From: Pseudidiomarina andamanensis
GTDB taxonomy: Bacteria; Pseudomonadota; Gammaproteobacteria; Enterobacterales; Alteromonadaceae
NCBI RefSeq assembly: GCF_009734345.1
Contig: NZ_CP032551.1
Location: forward strand, 420,001 to 452,000
Reading direction: 5' to 3'
DNA length: 32,000 bases
Under the pieces are notes generated by a model, which was not told where the DNA came from, ran no database searches, and worked only from the letters and a program-made list of their open reading frames with translations. Position numbers and translations under genes: made by a program. Below are positions 27,585 through 32,000 of this stretch, one piece after another. Positions within the stretch are counted from its first letter, which is position 1. Each line of letters opens with the position of its first letter.

Positions 27585-28478
27585 ATGGCGAATGTTGGAT
27601 TTATTGGGCTTGGCAATATGGGCGGCCCGATGGCTGCAAACCTTTTCAAAGGCGGCCATCAGGTTAAAGTTTTTGATTTAGCAGAAGTAGCATTGCAGGC
27701 AGCGAAAGACGCCGGTTGCAGCGTGGCCGGCTCGGCCAATGAAGCGGCGCAAGGCGTTGATTTCGTGATTACCATGTTACCTGCAGATAAACACGTTGAG
27801 AGTGTTTACTTGGGTGATAATGGCTTGATTCACGAATTACCAAGCAGCACACTCGTGATTGACTGCAGTACGATTAGCGCAGAAACAGCACGTAAGGTTG
27901 GTCAAGCATTAGCAGCGGAAGGTATTTCGTTTATTGATGCACCAGTTTCTGGTGGTGTTGGTGGCGCGAAGGCCGGTACGCTGACCTTTATCTGTGGTGG
28001 TGATACAACCGCAGTTGATCGTGCGCGCGATGTATTGCAACACATGGGCAAAAACATCTTCCGTGCCGGTGATACAGGCGCTGGTCAAGTTGCGAAAATC
28101 TGCAACAATATGTTGCTGTCGGTGTTAATGATTGGTACTTCGGAAGCGTTGCAGTTGGGCATTGCTCATGGTCTTGATCCGAAAGTGCTGTCGGAGATTA
28201 TGTCGAAGAGTTCCGGTAGCAACTGGACTTTAGATGTATATAATCCTTGCCCTGGTGTGATGGATAATGTGCCTTCAAGCAACGGCTACCAAGGTGGCTT
28301 TTTAGTTGACTTGATGAGTAAAGACCTTGGCCTGGCACAGCAAGCGGCGTTAGCTAGCGGTGCGGCGACCCCAATGGGTGGTTTAACTCACAACTTGTAT
28401 CGCAGTTGGTCACAGCTTGGACACGGTCGTGAAGACTTCTCCAGTATCTTTAATTTCGTTAAAGCGAATAAAAAATAA
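27585..28478 (+). CDS. mmsB: 3-hydroxyisobutyrate dehydrogenase
   Basis: 297 aa. NAD-binding VGFIGLGNMGGPMAANL. Family core (DAPVSGGVGGAKAGTLTFICGG, GAGQVAKICNNM). Confidence 0.92.
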   Translation: MANVGFIGLGNMGGPMAANLFKGGHQVKVFDLAEVALQAAKDAGCSVAGSANEAAQGVDFVITMLPADKHVESVYLGDNGLIHELPSSTLVIDCSTISAETARKVGQALAAEGISFIDAPVSGGVGGAKAGTLTFICGGDTTAVDRARDVLQHMGKNIFRAGDTGAGQVAKICNNMLLSVLMIGTSEALQLGIAHGLDPKVLSEIMSKSSGSNWTLDVYNPCPGVMDNVPSSNGYQGGFLVDLMSKDLGLAQQAALASGAATPMGGLTHNLYRSWSQLGHGREDFSSIFNFVKANKK

Positions 28479-28492
28479 CCGATAACGAACGG
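28465..28492. repeat. Degenerate solo right arm of the heptamer element (about 4 units)
   Basis: CGAATAA AAAATAA CCGATAA CGAACGG spans the mmsB stop (TAA 28476-28478) and runs into the SD-like GGGG before the SDR ATG at 28500. No left arm is present. Confidence 0.4.
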
Positions 28493-28499
28493 GGAAATT

Positions 28500-29264
28500 A
28501 TGAAAATTGCTGAAAGTACCATTGTTATTACCGGTGGCGCCCAAGGTTTGGGCCGCGCGATGGCTGAACATTTTGCCGCAGAAGGCGCGCAATTGGCGCT
28601 GATTGATATGAATGCCGACACGCTGACTGAAGCTGAAGGTATTTGTACGGCTAAAGGTGCCAAGAAGGTTAAAGGCTACGTTGTGAACGTAACCGACGAA
28701 GCAGCTGTTGAGCAGGTATTTAATGACATCGTAGCAGACTTTGGCGCGGTGAACGTGTTGATTAATAACGCGGGTATTTTGCGCGACGGTATGTTGATTA
28801 AGTGCAAAGACGGTGAGATTACTCACAAAATGCCGTTACAACAGTTCCAATCAGTATTGGATGTTAACTTAACCGGTAGCTTTTTATGTGGCCGCGAGGC
28901 ATCGGCTCATATGGCAAAAGCTGGCAACGGCGGCGTTATCATTAATATTTCAAGTGTTGCTCGTGCCGGTAATATTGGCCAGACCAACTATGCGGCAACG
29001 AAAGCCGGCGTGGTTGCGATGACGGTCACATGGGCACGTGAGCTAGGTCGCTTTGGTATTCGTTGTGGTGCCATTGCACCAGGATTTATCGAAACGCCAA
29101 TGACTGCACAAATGAAGCCTGAGGCAGTTGAACGTGCATTGAGCATGGTGCCGTTACGCCGTTGGGGGCAGCCAGAAGAGATAGCCCACAGTGCGCGTTA
29201 TATTATTGAGAATGACTTCTTTAGCGGACGTGTGATAGAAATAGACGGTGGCGTTCGACTATAA
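28500..29264 (+). CDS. SDR-family oxidoreductase (FabG-like; possibly 3-hydroxy-2-methylbutyryl-CoA/3-hydroxyacyl-CoA dehydrogenase)
   Basis: 254 aa. TGGAQGLG cofactor motif and YAATKAG catalytic Y-x3-K. The insertion (KCKDGEITHKMPLQQFQSVLDVNLTGSF) and C-terminus (IIENDFFSGRVIEIDGG) resemble type-2 hydroxyacyl-CoA dehydrogenases. Substrate is inferred. Confidence 0.75.
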   Translation: MKIAESTIVITGGAQGLGRAMAEHFAAEGAQLALIDMNADTLTEAEGICTAKGAKKVKGYVVNVTDEAAVEQVFNDIVADFGAVNVLINNAGILRDGMLIKCKDGEITHKMPLQQFQSVLDVNLTGSFLCGREASAHMAKAGNGGVIINISSVARAGNIGQTNYAATKAGVVAMTVTWARELGRFGIRCGAIAPGFIETPMTAQMKPEAVERALSMVPLRRWGQPEEIAHSARYIIENDFFSGRVIEIDGGVRL

Positions 29265-29273
29265 CGAGTACTG

Positions 29274-30173
29274 ATGCGTAAATTACCCCCATTAAATGCC
29301 TTAAAAGCGTTTGAAGCTGCTGCCCGACACCTGAGTTTTACTAGGGCAGCTGATGAATTGTTTGTTACCCAAGCAGCGGTAAGTCACCAAGTAAAAGCGC
29401 TTGAGGAATTTTTGGGGGTTCAATTATTTTTACGCCGCAATCGGTCACTGTTACTTACCCCAGAAGGTCAATCCTATTATCTTGAACTAAAAGAAATTTT
29501 CGATCACATTGTTCAAGCGACTGAAAAGGTGAAATTTGCCAGTCAGCGTGGCTCGCTAACCATTTCATTACCGCCAAGTTTTGCCATTTTATGGTTCGTG
29601 CCGCGCTTAAGCCGGTTTCGTGAAGCTTATCCGGATATCGATGTCCGCATTCGTGCCGTTGATGAAGTGGACGGTTCATTAACTGATGACGTTGACGTTG
29701 CTATTTATTACGGCGCGGGTAAGTGGCCAGGTTTAAAAGCTTATAAATTACACAATGAATACCTGATTCCGGTGTGTTCTCCATTACTATTAAATGGCAC
29801 CAAACCACTGCGTGAACCACGTGATTTGTTGAATCATACGTTACTGCACGACGAAACTCGCAATGCTTGGAAAGACTGGTTTAAGCTGGTTGGTATAGAT
29901 AAAGACAAGGGCGACAACGGGCCAATTTTTAGTCATTCCAATTTAGCACTGAAAGCAGCCGTGCACGGGCAGGGCATTGCGTTAGCTAATAATGTATTGG
30001 TCAAGCCAGAAATTGATGCAGGACATTTAATTCAAATATTCCCTGATGCCTTACCACGGCAGAAATCTTTTTATCTTGTTTGTCGTGACTCTCAGTCAGA
30101 AGTCGGTAAAATCGCCACCTTCCGAAATTGGCTACTGCAAGTGGTCGAAGAAGAAGAGGATAGTTATGAGTGA
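29274..30173 (+). CDS. gcvA: LysR-family glycine cleavage system transcriptional activator
   Basis: Collinear with E. coli GcvA along its full length (LPPLNALKAFEAAARHLSFTRAADELFVTQAAVSHQVKALEEFLG...RRNRSLLLTPEGQSYYL...PIFSHSNLALKAAVHGQGIALANNV...FYLVCRDSQSEVGKIATFRNWLL). Lies close to rlmM, as in E. coli. Confidence 0.9.
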   Translation: MRKLPPLNALKAFEAAARHLSFTRAADELFVTQAAVSHQVKALEEFLGVQLFLRRNRSLLLTPEGQSYYLELKEIFDHIVQATEKVKFASQRGSLTISLPPSFAILWFVPRLSRFREAYPDIDVRIRAVDEVDGSLTDDVDVAIYYGAGKWPGLKAYKLHNEYLIPVCSPLLLNGTKPLREPRDLLNHTLLHDETRNAWKDWFKLVGIDKDKGDNGPIFSHSNLALKAAVHGQGIALANNVLVKPEIDAGHLIQIFPDALPRQKSFYLVCRDSQSEVGKIATFRNWLLQVVEEEEDSYE

Positions 30174-30801
30174 TAACCAGCGTGTTGCGATTCATCGCGA
30201 TAACGCCGATGGTCAATATCGAGTGATTTTTGCGCACGGCGCCGGTGCTGGGTTACAAAGCGATTTTATGCAATATATCGCGCTGGCATTAGCACTGAAC
30301 GATATTGAAGTGGTTCGCTTTAACTTTCCTTATTGGCAAAAATTTATGGATTCAGGTGTACGTCGACCACCGAATCGAATGTCTGAGCTGGAGCATTGCA
30401 TGCGCACCGTGGCAAGCCAGTTTAATGACGACAAACCATTGTTTTTAATGGGGAAGTCAATGGGCTCTCGCGTTGCGTTTCGACTTGCCGATGAGCTGAA
30501 TTCAAGAGCCGCCATTGCCTTGGGTTTTCCATTTCACCCAGTTGGCAAACCTGAAAAATTGCGACTGGATGACTTAAATAATCACCGCGAACAGAATCTG
30601 ATTATTCAAGGTACACGAGATAACTTTGGCAAGCCTGAGCAGGTGCGCAGTTATCCGTTGCCTGCAAATGTTGCGGTAAAATGGATTGAGGGTGGTGATC
30701 ACAGTCTTGAACCAACGAAGCGCAGTGGCTATACGCGCGAGCAATTGTGGCAAGCGGCAGTAAACGAAGTAACGAAACTAATAAAAAGCGTTGATCGTTA
30801 G
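30166..30801 (+). CDS. alpha/beta-fold hydrolase (COG3571-like small hydrolase)
   Basis: The ATG at 30166 (MSDNQRVAIH...) overlaps the gcvA stop by 8 nt. HGAGAG motif and nucleophile elbow GKSMGS. The listed start at 30046 would lie inside gcvA. Confidence 0.75.
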   Translation: MSDNQRVAIHRDNADGQYRVIFAHGAGAGLQSDFMQYIALALALNDIEVVRFNFPYWQKFMDSGVRRPPNRMSELEHCMRTVASQFNDDKPLFLMGKSMGSRVAFRLADELNSRAAIALGFPFHPVGKPEKLRLDDLNNHREQNLIIQGTRDNFGKPEQVRSYPLPANVAVKWIEGGDHSLEPTKRSGYTREQLWQAAVNEVTKLIKSVDR

Positions 30802-30902
30802 TCGTTATTGGTTATTCGAAACAGATAAAAGTAAGTCATTAGGTTTGAATCTTTGCTCTACGAATAACCAATAACGAAATTCGAATAACGAATAACGCTT
30901 TT
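30784..30902. repeat. Heptamer-armed palindromic element, copy 4 (4 left / 5 right units, 42-bp core)
   Basis: Left side: AAAAGCG (30784-30790), then TTGATCG TTAGTCG TTATTGG TTATTCG (30791-30818). Right side: CGAATAA CCAATAA CGAAATT CGAATAA CGAATAA (30861-30895), then CGCTTTT (30896-30902). Confidence 0.9.
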
Positions 30903-30917
30903 ACCAAGGGGTTATGA

Positions 30918-32000
30918 ATGACCGGAATTGTGGCCTATTGTCGGCCCGGATTTGAAAATGATTGTGCCGCAGAGCTGCAAGATAAAACCGCAGTACTAGG
31001 CATCTATGGCTATTGCCAAACAAAGCCGCAGCAAGGCTTTGTGGTTTATCGCTGTCAATCGGAAGAAGCAGAGCATTTAGCGAAAAAGTTAATTCTTCGA
31101 GAGTTAATTTTCACGCGCCAGTTCATTGTGATTTTGGCTCATGTCACCGAGCTGCCACAAGAAGATCGGGTAAGTGCGGTGCAAGTGGCGCTGCTTGATG
31201 AGGACGTACAAGAGGCTTTCGCTGGTGTGAAGCCGTGTGGCGATATTCGTGTGGAAACACCCGATACCAATGATGGTAAAGAGCTGTCAAAATTTTGTCG
31301 TAAATTCACTGTGCCACTGCGTCAGGGACTACGTAAAATTGATTGGTTAACGGTGAAAGAAAGCGACCGTCGACCAACGTTGCATGCGTTCTTTTTAAGT
31401 AATCAGGAAGTATATATTGGTTTTTCTTATTCGTTTAACCAATCACCTTGGTTGATGGGTATTCCACGCTTACGTTCGCCAAGTGATGCGCCAAGTCGTT
31501 CAACATTAAAGCTCGACGAAGCGTTTCAAGTGTTTGTGCCAGAGCACGAGCGTGAAGAACGTATCACCTCAGGCATGAACGCCGTTGATCTTGGTGCGGC
31601 GCCTGGTGGTTGGACGTATCAGTTAGTGCGTCGTGGCATGATGGTGCAAGCTGTTGATAATGGTCCAATGGCGCAAAGCTTAATGGATACGGGCCAAGTA
31701 AAACATATTCGCGAAGATGGCTTTAAGTATCGCCCGAAGAAAAAAAACGTGACGTGGTTGGTCTGCGATATGGTTGAGAAACCTGCGCGTGTTGGTGAGC
31801 TGATGACGAGTTGGTTGATTGATGGTGACTGCAAAGAAGCGATTTTCAACTTGAAACTACCAATGAAGCGACGCTATGCCGCAGTGGCAGAATACCTTGA
31901 ACAGATTAAGCAAACGTTAGTTGAACAAGGTCGTGGCCGGTTTGAATTGCAAGCGAAACAGCTTTATCACGATCGCGAAGAGATTACTGTGCATATACGC
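30918..32000 (+). CDS. rlmM: 23S rRNA (cytidine2498-2'-O)-methyltransferase RlmM, 3'-truncated by the window edge
   Basis: Not in the ORF track because no stop is reached. My translation from the ATG at 30918 (SD AAGGGG) is open for 361 codons. It reads MTGIVAYCRPGFENDCAAEL...DLGAAPGGWTYQLVRRGMMVQAVDNGPMAQSLMDTGQVKHIREDGFKYRP...WLVCDMVEKPARV...IFNLKLPMKRRY...LYHDREEITVHIR, closely matching E. coli RlmM (YgdE). Confidence 0.9.
   Translation, partial: MTGIVAYCRPGFENDCAAELQDKTAVLGIYGYCQTKPQQGFVVYRCQSEEAEHLAKKLILRELIFTRQFIVILAHVTELPQEDRVSAVQVALLDEDVQEAFAGVKPCGDIRVETPDTNDGKELSKFCRKFTVPLRQGLRKIDWLTVKESDRRPTLHAFFLSNQEVYIGFSYSFNQSPWLMGIPRLRSPSDAPSRSTLKLDEAFQVFVPEHEREERITSGMNAVDLGAAPGGWTYQLVRRGMMVQAVDNGPMAQSLMDTGQVKHIREDGFKYRPKKKNVTWLVCDMVEKPARVGELMTSWLIDGDCKEAIFNLKLPMKRRYAAVAEYLEQIKQTLVEQGRGRFELQAKQLYHDREEITVHIR

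Noticed and set aside
27389-27659. Two overlapping minus-strand ORFs (86 and 84 aa) with [19 protein letters not shown]-type sequence
   Set aside because: Same artefact: translation of the 11-unit heptamer array in its open sense. They overlap the 3' end of the hydrolase gene and the 5' end of mmsB.
29261-29272. ATAACGAGTACT at the SDR/gcvA junction as a one-unit relic of the heptamer element
   Set aside because: It is 11/12 identical to part of the copy-2 right arm, but a 12-mer is too short to exclude chance. It is mentioned in a finding and not called as a feature.
20188-30895. Could the short regular repeats be a CRISPR array or iterons?
   Set aside because: The units are 7 nt and directly abutting, with no spacers, and no cas genes are present. 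So this is not CRISPR. No replication or partition genes are nearby, and the arms are inverted pairs, so plasmid-type iterons are unlikely.
1-32000. Search for mobile-element, phage, defence-system, toxin-antitoxin or secondary-metabolite genes
   Set aside because: Every long ORF has a confident housekeeping, catabolic, regulatory or transporter assignment. No integrase, transposase, nuclease/helicase defence pair, tRNA attachment site or small gene pair is evident. The novelty here appears to lie in the non-coding repeats and in operon architecture rather than in a new protein system.

Overview
The window looks like a chromosomal segment of a marine-type gammaproteobacterium. This is inferred from E. 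coli-like synteny (proS-trmO, gcvA...rlmM) and Shewanella-like liu/ivd branched-chain catabolic clusters. No organism identification is possible without a database search.

Bases 1-7300 carry housekeeping genes:
- a 5'-truncated ATP-NAD-kinase-like gene, convergent with a 2Fe-2S ferredoxin gene
- a purine permease-gpt pair
- proS and trmO
- a secreted DUF4097-like protein
- hns

Bases 7344-20106 form one tightly packed minus-strand array: liuR-liuA-liuB-liuC-liuD-liuE-acetoacetyl-CoA synthetase-(GGDEF/EAL sensor)-ETF:ubiquinone oxidoreductase. This is the leucine/isovalerate pathway with a c-di-GMP protein embedded in it.

Bases 20371-29264 carry a thiolase, an opposite-strand EamA transporter plus an AraC (MmsR-like) regulator, and a valine/isobutyrate operon (mmsA, acyl-CoA dehydrogenase, 3-hydroxyisobutyryl-CoA hydrolase, mmsB, SDR). 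After that come gcvA, a small alpha/beta hydrolase and 3'-truncated rlmM.

The main unexplained signal is a family of intergenic palindromic elements. Their arms are tandem 7-nt arrays, with the layout AAAAGCG-(TTATTCG)n-core-(CGAATAA)n. There are four full copies plus one solo arm between 20.2 and 30.9 kb. Each CGAATAA array ends just before the start codon of a plus-strand gene. I do not recognise it as a named repeat family. I saw no transposase, phage, CRISPR, tRNA or rRNA.
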